Of a DNA stretch of 64,000 nt, positions 11,701 to 22,320 are shown in pieces (position 1 is the first letter of the stretch; each line of letters begins with the position of its first letter). The stretch comes from Heteronotia binoei (Eukaryota): positions 55,242,001 to 55,306,000 of the forward strand of contig NC_083230.1 in assembly GCF_032191835.1 (NCBI RefSeq), in the 5' to 3' direction. Made by a program: the position numbers and the translations under genes. A model generated the notes under the pieces. It saw only the letters and a program-made list of their open reading frames with translations. It ran no database searches and was not told the origin of the DNA.

Positions 11701-12719
11701 CACACCAGAGAATCTCTATAGGACCCAAATGCACTACATCCATCCATCTACTCTATGAACCCTGCTGGCCTGGAACCAATATAAACCCAGTTGCCAATGT
11801 CACTGCCATGCAAAACACAATCTGCCCAAGGTTTGCTCTGCAGACCTGGCTGCAGCAAACCCAGATGCCAGCTCTCCAGCCCTGCCCCAAACAACGCAGG
11901 GAGAGCTGGCCAAGCACAACAAGCATGCTTATTCTGGTCTCTCACCCAGATGCCAGCTTCCCTGCCACAGAACACACAATCTACAGATGCCAGCTCTCTG
12001 GCCCTGCCCCAAACAACACATCTCTCAAACAAGAGAAGCAGTGGACCACATCATTCTGTATCTGACACAAAGCAAGAAGCATTTAGACTTACCTTTAGTG
12101 ATGGATGGTTGACTGTTCCAGGCTCTTTTGCGTTACCCAGGGTGCACCACGAGGAGGCAAGCCAGAATTGCACCCCAAATGAGGAAGATCACTGGGAGGG
12201 CCTCAGATTGTGTGAGAGGAAGGGAACCATTCCTTCTCTCTCAGCTCAGCAGCAACACACCAGCTATCACTGTCCCATTAGAGGGACCTCAGCATTGGTA
12301 TGGCTGCTGGCTGCCTGTCATCATCACTGGCACCTTCCTCTTTCTTCCTCCTGCCACTGGGAAAAAAAACTGGGTTATCCGGGCTGGGCCTGTGGGTGCT
12401 GTCGGTTACAGTTGGGGGCTGCAATGGCCCTTTCAGTATTATTAGGCATGTGTGGATGGGGACTGGGGAAATTTGGATTGCTTTGCAGCTTTTAAATCAG
12501 TATTCACTTTTGGTTTGGGGATGGATGAGGGGTGGGGGGGTTTTGTGTGTGAGTTTTTGGGCTGTCAATTTGTGAGTGAGTTTTTGGGCTTTCTTTGGAC
12601 TCTAGTCTATGGTTACTGGGAGAGCATTTTACAACCACCTTCCAAGTGCGGGCCAAGAGAGCATGCAGGCACAAGTAGGTGCTCACTTCATTCAATCTCA
12701 AAGTCTATGTTCGGGGAGT

Positions 12720-14548
12720 CTTCAGGAAGACCTTCAGGAAGACCAACTGCTCAACTGTTCAGGGTTGCAGATGATTGTGATGTGGGCAGACAATGTCGCC
12801 CATATGCAAAAAGACACGCTCACTCTGCACGCTCGTCGGTGGGCATGAGAGGAATGCCTTGGCCACGGAGGAGAGGGCCGGCCAGACCCCCTCCTTCGCG
12901 ACCCAGTAGTCCAAAGGAGATGTTTCCTGCTACTCGTTAGGCTCTGAAAGATAGTCCCTCACCATCGCAGCCTACCGCTCCCAGAGGGGCCAACTAGCCA
13001 CCCGATGAGTGTCATCTCAGGACTCTTCTTGGTGTGAGACTGGTGGGAAACACTGCCTAGCCGGGGAGGTTGGGGATGAACAGCAGTGGAAGTGGCAGGT
13101 GAGCTGCTTCCATCCCCCTCCTCCTCAGCTACCAGCACTGGGCCCACCCAGATTCTGCAGCACTCGACCTTCTGGGAGAGCTCATCTTGCCAGCGATCGA
13201 GCTCGTTGGCCCGCTCGGTGATCATGCCCTTAAGATGTGGGTCTAACATGGTCACCATCATGTAGACCTTATCCTGGGTGAAAGTCTGAAAGCGGGCCTC
13301 AAGCCCTTCCTGCAGCCTAACAACCAGGGTGCGCACCGCTGGAAGAACGTCTGCACGGCCTTGAGCTGGCACTAGAAATGAGGCCAGGTCCTCACAAGCC
13401 ATGTGGACCATGGGGGCGACCAGTGCGATGCTCGCCATGTCAGACGAGAGCATTTCTGTGTGGGTCTTGAAGGGCCCAAAAACCTCTACAGTCTGAGAAA
13501 TGACCACCCAATTCTCTTGGGTGAGACCGTTCTCATCCCGAAAGACCCTTGTCTCCGAGACAAAGGCATCCAGGGCTGCTCTCTGTTCCACCATGCGCTC
13601 CAGCATGGCACAGGTGACGTTCCAGTTTGTGCTGATGTCACTGATCAGGCGGTGCCCTGGCACGCCTGTCAGTGTCTGTTTCTCACACAGCAGATACGAG
13701 TTCGTATTGCTGCATGAGAAGTGACCCGTGATGTGCCGACACTTCTGGAGCAGAAGTTGGTACTCATGCGTTGTGGCTAGATACCGATGATCCTGGCTTT
13801 TCATCTGGCCCAATGCATCCTTAACCACGAGGTGGAGAAGGTGGGCCACACAAGGAAGGCATTGTAAGCCCTGACGCTGGACAGCCGCCTTGATGTTGGA
13901 GCCACCGTCAGTCACTATGAAGCCCGTGGTGACGTCCCTGTTGCCTACCCATCCCTCTAACTGCCATGAGAGTATGGCTCTGAGAGTGTCTGCCATGTGC
14001 GGCGCGTTGACTGCTTCGACATGCAGCAAGGCCCAGCAATAGCCAGCCTGGCGGCCCTGACCCTGCCTGCCCTTACTGCCACCCCCACCCCGCAGCTCAC
14101 TGGGTTGCCACCAATGTGCAGTCAGGGAGAGATACCCCTTGAACACATGTTGGGAGCTCCAGATATCTGAGGTGAAATGAACAGTCCCCCCGACAGCACA
14201 GGACAAATGCTCCTTCACTACAAATCTGGTCGCCCTGAAAACAGATGGCACAATGGTCCTGCTAATAGTGGTTCTAGCAGGAACTTTGTACCAAGGTGCC
14301 AGGTACTCGAGCAACCTTAGCATCCCAGGATTCTCGACCACTGAAAATGGAAGCCCATGGGCGACCGACCTGGCAAGGTTCCAGGTGATCACCCTCCATG
14401 AAAGGCGGCTGTGGAGTGGCCCTATGCACAGGTGGAGGGGGGACTGGGTCCTCCCCCTCCCCTCCACACCACTAGTCTTCTCCTTGACCTTGCCCCCAGG
14501 GCCCCTCTTCTGCTGCCTGTCACTCATGTCACCCTTGGCCAGTCTCAC
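12720..14548 (-). pseudogene. hAT transposase (529-aa open frame plus disrupted C-terminal dimerisation domain)
   Basis: Motifs LPFSVVE, HFTSDIWSS, YLSLTAHW, VTDGGSN, CVAHLLHLVV and STNWN. After a frameshift and a stop it continues PLDYW...WPALSSVAKAFLSCPPTSVQSERVF and VEQLVFLK. No BED zinc finger is seen. Confidence 0.9.
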
Positions 14549-15331
14549 ACAACCTGAACTGAGAGTGGGGTTTTTTACAAACCTAACTCACTGCACTGTA
14601 CCCTGAACCAACAGGTGCCCTGACTTATTTGTAAAAACCCTCCCACCAAAACTTGTTTGTTTGTTTTTTGGTCCCTAACCTATCCTTCTTTGGGTTGGGG
14701 TAGTAGTAGTCTGGTAAAGTTTAGGAGACTAGGTGATCCTGCCTCTACCTGGCTACAGTTTTTAAAAGGCTACCTTGAGATGAAGGCAATCCTTGTTATA
14801 TCCTCCTAGTTAAACTTCTCTTAACTAGATCCTGGGACAAACCGGATTTCCTTGCAAACTAGAAATCAGGTGTCCCCTATAACTAGAAAGAAGCTGTGGT
14901 TTACCCTATGGAAATCTAAGGATGCACCAACTTTCAGTGGCTAAAAGCAAGATGCACTGCAACCCTAGTCTCTTTAAAAGGGAGCCTGATGTGGCCTAGT
15001 AGTCATGCTACCTTTTATGAGAAACCTAAAATCTTTTTAAATTGCCCCTATCTGGCCTAGTTACATTTTGAAAGAAGATAAAGTCCTAAACTGGATTAAT
15101 TTTTTTTTAATTTGAAAGCACACAATCCCTAAAAACATCCTTATTAGTGGGGCAGACTATTTAGGGGCCCTAGCCAAACCGAAAGCACCCTCAGACTCCA
15201 AAAATAATTCTATAAAAACATGAAAGTGACCCACCCCACATAGCCCACACACCAACCCCCACACCAACCAGAAGTAATTAAAAAAACCCAAAATGTGACA
15301 GAAAGAAACTTAACTTTTAACCCCGCCCTCC

Positions 15332-15700
15332 CCCAAACCAGAACCAGGAAAAGGGACAACAGGACAGGATGCAAAACCAACAACAGATCCAAACAGATCA
15401 CTGAGAAAAGGCCAAGAAACTCAACTGTTAAAAAAGTGGCCTTTTTAATAATAAAAATCCTCAGGCCAAATCAGTCAACAACACACACACACACCCAAAC
15501 CAGAACCAGGAAAAGAGACAACAGGACACGATGCAAAACCAACAACAACAGATCCAAATCACCGAGAAAAGGCCAATGAACTCAACTGTTAAAAAAGTGA
15601 ACTTCTTAACAATGAAAATTTGGCCAAACAGCCCTCCCCCCCCCCAAGAACCAGAACCGGAAGAGAAAAGGAACAACAGCAGCACAACACAGCAGCAACA
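15332..15700. repeat. ~160-bp A/C-rich tandem duplication inside the hAT element
   Basis: CCCAAACCAGAACCAGGAAAAG...AACTCAACTGTTAAAAAAGTG starts at 15332 and again at 15494, with a partial third copy near 15643. Confidence 0.8.
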
Positions 15701-17449
15701 AATCAAACAGAATCCTTTAAAAACTTGACTTTTAACAATACAGGAACTTTACCAACTTCTCCCCCCCCCCAAAAAAAAAACCCCCTTCACCCTAACCCCA
15801 AGAAATCCAGGCCACCCAAATCAGGAAAAGTAAAAGGACACTGCACTTTTAAAAGTCTTCTCACTAAAGTAAGATATAGGCAAATTGGCAACCCCCCACC
15901 CCAGGCCCCCACCCCAGCAGAACCCCCTAACCCTAACCCCAAATAAGCTAACCAGTACCCACCCACCCAAATCTGGATAAGTAAAGGGACTCTGAGTCTT
16001 AAAAAGCTCTAAACTAAAAAAGTCCTAACTAAAATAAAAACAAGAACTCCAAGACTGTCTTACCTTAGATGTCTTCTCTTTTCCAGGCAGGTCAGGCAAG
16101 GCTGAGAGAGAGCAGCAGCAGCTGAGACCAAGGGCCAGCGCAGCACAATCTCTCTCTCACACCACCACCAACACAGCAGCAATGGAATGGAGTCCAGCCA
16201 GGCAGACTCCTTAAAAAGGTTCTCTGGCCCTACACAGAGCAGTTTCAAAAAATACCACTGCTCTGTGATTGGTCAGAGAACAGTGTTTACTTGGTTACCC
16301 AAGTAAACAAAAGAATAACAATGTTGCTGATGGCTGGGGGATTAGCTCAGCCATCAGCTACACAAGAGCCCTGCAAAGCATGCATTTGCAATGCATTTTG
16401 CAAATGCATGCTTTGGATTGGCTGCTGGGACTCCTCTCCCCCTCCTCCTCCCTTCCTGATCCCAGGGAGGCTGTGGGAGAGGTGGTAAAAGGCTTCCAAA
16501 GGCAGGAAAGGAGGGAAGCAAGCTCCCCTGAGGCTGCAGAAGCTCCTTTCCCGTCTTTTCTATGGACTTCTGTATACTGATTGATTCGGAAGTATACGGC
16601 ACTGTATACTTCCGAATCAGGGGGGATTTGGAGGTTTATTCGGTTCAGCCGAACTGTGCACACCCCTACTTCTGACCACAGACGCATCGCTTTCAGGTTG
16701 GGGAGCCCACTGCAATACATTACTGGCCCAAGGTGCTTGGTCCACTGTTGAGAGCCATTTGCATATCAACTGTCTAGGGATACTAGCAGTTCATTGGCCT
16801 CTCAAATCCTTCATTCTCCATCTTGTAAATCGACATGTTCAATTGGCTTTAGACAATATAGCCATAGTATACTACATCAACAAACAAGGTGGCATGGCCT
16901 CCAACAAATTATGCAACCATGCTTTGAGCCAATGGAGGTGGTGCATCTGCCACCATATCTTTCTGACAGCAATTCACCTACCTGGCTCATACAACACTCA
17001 GGCAGACATGCTCAGCAGGACCAGACCGGTCACAAATGGACTTTGAATCTGGTCTGTCTGGAACCTATCTTTCAACTCTGGGGACAACCGTAAGTCAATG
17101 CCTTTGTGACACAAGCCAACATGAAGTGCCACATTTTCTTCAGTCAGGGAGCTCTGATCCAGAGGTACCCAGGGCAACTCCTTTTTCCATCATTGGTCAG
17201 GAACTATGTATTACATGTTTCCTCCTTTTCCCCTAATAACATGAACAATTCAAAAAATCCATTTGGATCAGACCTCTTGCATCCTTTTAACGCCATGGTG
17301 GCCATGCCAGCCTTGGTTTGCCACACTCCTTCAGTTGTCTCGAGGTGCATACAGACATTTCCCACTAGAGATCAACATTTTGACCCAGCAAGAAGGAGCA
17401 GTTCCCCAGCACAATCCGAGTCTCTTCCGCTTGACTGCTTGGAGAATCA

Positions 17450-18470
17450 AGCCTTAGATTTCCCACCTGGTATCCAAAATGTGATTTGCCACTCTAAAAA
17501 GTTATCCACACGTCATACTTACCTGTTGAAGTGGAAGCATTTTTCCATCTATGCAACTGAGCATTCTCTAAATCCCTTTACTGCCCCTTTGCAAGTCATT
17601 TTATCCTACCTTCTTTCCTTATCGGATTTGGGTCTTAGCACAGCATCCTTAAAAGTGCATCTGCTGGCAATCTTGGCATTTCACACAACTATCAACACTA
17701 CCACAATCTTCTCTCATCCAATGTCAAGAGTTTTCCTAAAGGGGGTGCTGAACTTAAAACCTTCAATCAAACCTTTTGTTCCATCTTGGAGTCTCTCACT
17801 GGTGCTGTCGCAATTAACAGGCAAACCCTTTGCGCCCTTAGCAACTACTAGCCTACACCTACTTTCCTGAAAAACGGCATTTTTAGTTGCTATAACATCA
17901 GCTAAAAGAGCCAGTGACATTTGCATTTTTCGATCTGACCCTCCATACACAGTGTTCCACAAGGACAAGGTAATTTTACACCCAGACCCTGCCTTCCTGC
18001 CTAAAGTCATCTCTCCCTTCATCTTTTGCAACCTTCTGTGTTGCCTACCTTTTATCCTCATCCTTCAAACTCTATGCAACAAACACTGCATACTCTGACT
18101 GTTCGCCGTGCACTAGCCTACTATTTGGACAGGACACGTTCATTCCGTAAGGATCAAAGACTTTTCATTGCTTATGGCAAACCCCAATGTGGCACAAGAA
18201 TAACTCTCAATGTTTTTCAAAATGGGTTACCTCTACCATTCGACTCTGTTATGAGCTTGCTAAGGAACCCTTACCTGAAGTACTCTGAGCCCACTTCACC
18301 AGGGCTGTAGCTACTTCTGTTACTTTCTGCCACGGGACCCCCTTTAGAAGACATGTGTGCTGCTGCCACCTGGTCTTCTGCCTCGACCTTTGTAATACAC
18401 TATGCTCTGAATGTCCGAGCACGAAGAAATGCATCCTTTGGTCGAGTCATCCTCCACTCTGTTCTCCAGT
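17450..18470 (+). pseudogene. DIRS tyrosine recombinase, broken by stops and frameshifts
   Basis: N-terminal SAM-like part lies in ORF 17106-17870. The catalytic R region (SAKRASDI) follows a stop, and HFTRAVATS and the TFVIHY catalytic-Tyr motif lie in other frames. Confidence 0.85.
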
Positions 18471-18610
18471 GATGTGTCATCTTGCCAATTCCAGGTATGC
18501 TTGTAGAGTTTATAACTGAATGTTTAACATGCTGCTGCAACTCTGCTTGGTTTAAGATCTGCTACTTATCTGCCAGCACCCACCATCTGAGCACTACAGC
18601 TTACTAATCA

Positions 18611-18994
18611 CCCAAGTGTGGGACTGCACAGGGGCCACAAAGAAGATAAACAGGTTGCTTACCTGTAACTGATTATCTTTGAGTGGTCACCTGCGCAGTC
18701 ACACATGACCCACCCAGTGTTCTCCACTGGTGGCTTTCCTACATTACTTACCTGTTGCTGGACTACTGGCAGTGACTGGAAGAAACTGAGCAGGGGTGGA
18801 GCTTTCCTCTCAGTTCTAGGCATGCTCAGTGGATGCCAACTCCCCAAAACTGGGAGAAAAGCCTACCAAAAAAACCATTGACGCTACTATGAGAGTTTCT
18901 GAGGCTGGATTCAAGCAGGGCTTAGAACCCAAGTGTGTGACTGCACAGGTGACCACTTGAAGATCATCAGTTACAGGTAAGCAACCTGTTTTTC
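18611..18994. repeat. DIRS internal complementary region and right terminal repeat
   Basis: 18648-18705 (AAACAGGTTGCTTACCTGTAACTGAT...GCAGTCACACA) is the reverse complement of ~18934-18992. 18611-18647 is a near-direct copy of 18928-18964. Confidence 0.8.
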
Positions 18995-18996
18995 AC

Positions 18997-19205
18997 ATGA
19001 TTTGGACACTATAGCTCTGTTGATACAGCCAAAAATTGCATTTGCCTTTTTAGCCATCACATCACACTGCTGACTCATGTTCACTGTACAGTTCATTAAG
19101 GCACCTAAACCATTTTTGCACACACTACTGCCAAGATAAGTCTCCCCCATCCTATAATTATGCATTTTATTTTTCCTACCTAAATGAAGAATTTTATAAT
19201 TACAT
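18997..19205 (-). mobile_element. CR1 LINE RT C-terminal fragment
   Basis: CKILHLGRKNKMHNYRMGETYLGSSVCKNGLG...MSQQCDVMAKKANAIFGCINR. Confidence 0.75.
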
Positions 19206-19320
19206 TTAGGTTGGCAACCCTCAACCCAGTCAGATAACCTGTATGGAAATAGTGAAAATGTTGTTTGGTTTCCCTTAGTGGCCCTCCTTCCTGTTAATGT
19301 TTTCAATTGTTATATGTATT

Positions 19321-20470
19321 GGTTTGTTTTTTTTAATTTAAATTAAAACTGTTTGGGTTGAATTGGGTTGAAAAGCAGCATTAAAATGTTTTAATAGATA
19401 ACTTACGTATTTTTTTCTAAATCTTCTTATCAAAGTAGCGTTTTAATTAGTTTGTTACAACACCCAACATGCAAGTCTGTCTATGGAGGAAAAAAAAAAA
19501 CAAATCACATGAGGATGACAGGGTCTCTCCCTCCAAACCCCACCAAGGTTTCAGATATAAGTTATTCCCAGTAAAAGGGTATGTGCGTATGATGAAGCAG
19601 AGGCCCCCGTGCCGACATGCTCTGGCTGCCTTCTCCTTGTAAGTGGCCATCATCATCTTGATTTCAGCAATGGCTTTTCTGGGGTTCAGCCCGTTGGGAC
19701 AGGTCCTTGTACAGTTCATGATGGTGTGGCAGCGGTAAAGAGAGAAGGGGACTTCCAGCTGTGCCAGCTGCTCTTCTGTGTAGTCCTCCTGGGAGCTGAT
19801 CATCCAGTGGTAGGTCTGCATAAGCACGGCGGGGCCCAGGTACTTGTCTTCGTTCCACTAGTAACTGGGGCAGCTGGTGCTACAGCAGGCATACAGGATG
19901 CATTCGTACAGCCCATCCAGCTTTTCCGGCTCTTCTATGGACTGGAGGTATTGCTCTTTGCCCTGTTTGGACTCGTTCTTCTTTTTCAAATAAGGCTGGA
20001 TTGCTTTGTACTGGGCATAGAAGTTGCTCAAATCCGGGACAAGGTCTTTCACTATGTACATCTGGGGGAGAGGGGAGATTTTGGAGACCTTGTTGAGGTT
20101 GGTGTCGATCCTCCTGGTGCAGGCCAAGGTGTCCTCCGCGTTGATATTCATGGCACAGGAGCCACAAATGAAGGCCCTGCGGAAAGTCAATGTGGAGTCC
20201 ATCTAGTTTTTTATTTTGATTAAGGCATCGAGAACCATAGGCCCGCATTTCTTCAGGTCCACCTCATAGGTCTGCATGTGGGGCTTCTCTCTGGGGCTGT
20301 CCAGGTTCCACCAGTAGATGGCAAACTTCTTGATGCACGGGGATGCTGCTGCATGCACTCTGCAACAGATCTGTAAGGCTACCCACAGAGGGCTGCCTCT
20401 GAAGGACACGAATCCCGCCCTCCCCATGGTCATGGTGGCCGCCATCTTGTGTCTCTTCATAGCTGGTTCC
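19321..20470 (-). pseudogene. SDHB: Processed pseudogene of succinate dehydrogenase iron-sulfur subunit B
   Basis: Intronless CDS from ATG at 20445 to ~19615: KKFAIYWWN..., [82 protein letters not shown] stops at 20203-20205 and 19858-19860. Followed by 3'UTR, an A-rich remnant near 19323-19334 and candidate TSD A(T/G)ATGTATT at 19312-19320 / 20471-20479. Confidence 0.95.
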
Positions 20471-22007
20471 AGATGTATTTAACAGCTCAAGGGTGTTACT
20501 TGTGTAGACTGTACAATGTACAAGGAGGGCAGTTGTGTAAAACTGCAGTAGCTGCTTTGGGGGAAAGGATATTCCTGTTTTGGAACATCTACAGTTTGGT
20601 AGCAAAATTTCTTCCTCCTATACTGCACTGGTCATGCAAGCTCACATGAGTTGCTACCTGTTCAAGGTAAAGATGATAAATGATGAAACAAATTGGTGCT
20701 GATTTCTCATAATTTTGATCTGATAGCCTGCCCTGACACTGTCTTATCTTTCATATTTCAGAAACATACTCGTATAAATTCCACCATCATAAATTACAAA
20801 ACAACCATAACTTTTAGTCCTTAATGAAAAAGGAAGCATTAGCACCAGGAATCCTTCTTTTCATCCTGTGGTAAAACTTCCCACCTCATTTCATGAAATC
20901 CTGGTGTAGTACTCCAGATGTTTAATGTTTGTCAAAAAATGCAGCCAATAATCCAAGTTTCCAAGGACAACGTCATACTGAACCCTTGTTTCGTGTGAAC
21001 TTCTTCAAGCTGCAATAATCCTCTTAGCAATTGAGCTTCTTCAAGAATAACATAAATAATACACAATAATATTCAGTAAAACCATGTGCACATAAGCCAT
21101 AACAACATTTTAAACCCTGAATAAAATCAGCAAACCTCTTAGCAATTTCTCTTAAGTATTAGGCCAAACAGCCAGCATGTTTAAACCCACACCTACAAGG
21201 TGCTACAATGAATCATGCTAAATGGCTTATATGCAGCAGGTGCAACCATTCAAAATGTTCCTTAAAGTTACAGAGTACCCAGCTACAGTAATGCTAAAAA
21301 CTTATTATGAACAGATGTCCAAAACACATGCCAACAGTATATTTTATAAAAAACATGCTAAATCCCAATCACTATTTAGACCACGAGGAAACATCGTCCC
21401 CAATTTAAAGATCATATGCATTTCTTGCTGATGTAACCATCTACTGCAATCCATCCTACCTTGCAAACGCGTTGTAAACTTAAGAAGTACACAAAAACGT
21501 AGAGTCTGGATCATGAATAAACCGATTGAAGTGCTCCACCAAAGAAGCATCTACCACACGATTCTTCAGTCTCGATTTATGTTCCAACACATGTGTACGA
21601 ATAGCACGTGTGGTTGATCCCAAATACAGTTTTTTACATGGGCACAGAATCACATACATACATCTCTGTGTAGCACAGGTGGTACCTTTAGATATATCTT
21701 GTATCCAGTCTCTGGATGCACAAACACAGACACTTGCAGCGAGAGACCACAAGCTCCACAGGCGCCGCATTTAAAGTGCCCCCCTGTTCTAACCATCTCC
21801 CTCTCAGGTTGTACAATGTCAGCTCTAATCAGACAATCCCCTAAATTCTTGGTTCTACTAAAGCCCATTTTTGGTATTTCCTGACATCCTGGTAAATCTC
21901 TCACCAGAAACCAATATTTTTTAATGATATTATAAATGGACTGACTCAAAGGGGAAAACTGCATAGCACAGGTTATATTATTACTACCCACATTTCTCTC
22001 CCATGAT

Positions 22008-22159
22008 ACGGATAAAAGGAAGTACTTCTTCACCCAAAGGGTGATTAACATGTGGAATTCACTGCCACAGGAGGTGGTGGCTTCCACAAGCATAGCCACC
22101 TTCAAGAAGGGGTTAGATAAAAATATGGAGCAGAGGTCCATCAGTGGCTATTAGCCACA

Positions 22160-22242
<83 letters not shown>

Positions 22243-22320
22243 GCCGCTGTGTGACACAGAATGTTGGACTGGATGGGCCATTGGCCTGATCTAACATGGC
22301 TTCTCTTATGTTCTTATGTT
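22008..22320 (+). mobile_element. CR1 LINE 3' end inserted in the PLE, containing a (TG)n(TA)n microsatellite
   Basis: Nearly identical to 52901-53106 outside the microsatellite region and ends in a (TTCTTATG)n tail. The PLE frame reads through (LLDGSQR|SWERNVGS) when it is removed. Confidence 0.92.
22161..22238. repeat. Compound microsatellite (TG)12(TA)n
   Basis: Directly visible in the sequence. Confidence 0.97.

Larger units (their letters stand above)
10771..16668 (-). mobile_element. hAT (Ac-type) DNA transposon, ~5.9 kb, defective
   Basis: TIRs TAGGGGTGTG (10771-10780) / CACACCCCTA (16659-16668), 8-bp TSD CTTCTGAA (10763-10770) / CTTCTGAC (16669-16676), subterminal repeats and an internal transposase. 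Confidence 0.92.
16677..18994 (+). mobile_element. DIRS1-type tyrosine-recombinase retrotransposon, 3' half (RNase H, MT-like domain, YR, ICR/ITR), degenerate
   Basis: RNase H: TTDASLSGWGAH, HINCLGILAV, DNIAIVYYINKQGG, NTQADMLSR. MT-like: IFQLWGQP*VNAFVTQANMKC. YR: STRHTYLLKWKHF, AITSAKRASDI, RALAYYLDRT, CAAATWSSASTFVIHY. Terminal inverted/direct repeat architecture at 18611-18994. Confidence 0.9.

Noticed and set aside
10952-12940. Several 100-230-aa ORFs in the hAT left arm
   Set aside because: They arise from GC-rich tandem repeats or lie antisense to the transposase tail, and carry no domains.
15925-15939. (CCCTAA)2 telomere-like hexamers
   Set aside because: Only about 2.5 units inside a C/A-rich low-complexity tract, which is expected by chance.
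19609-20223. 204-aa plus-strand ORF
   Set aside because: It is the antisense shadow of the GC-rich SDHB retrocopy and has no independent motifs.
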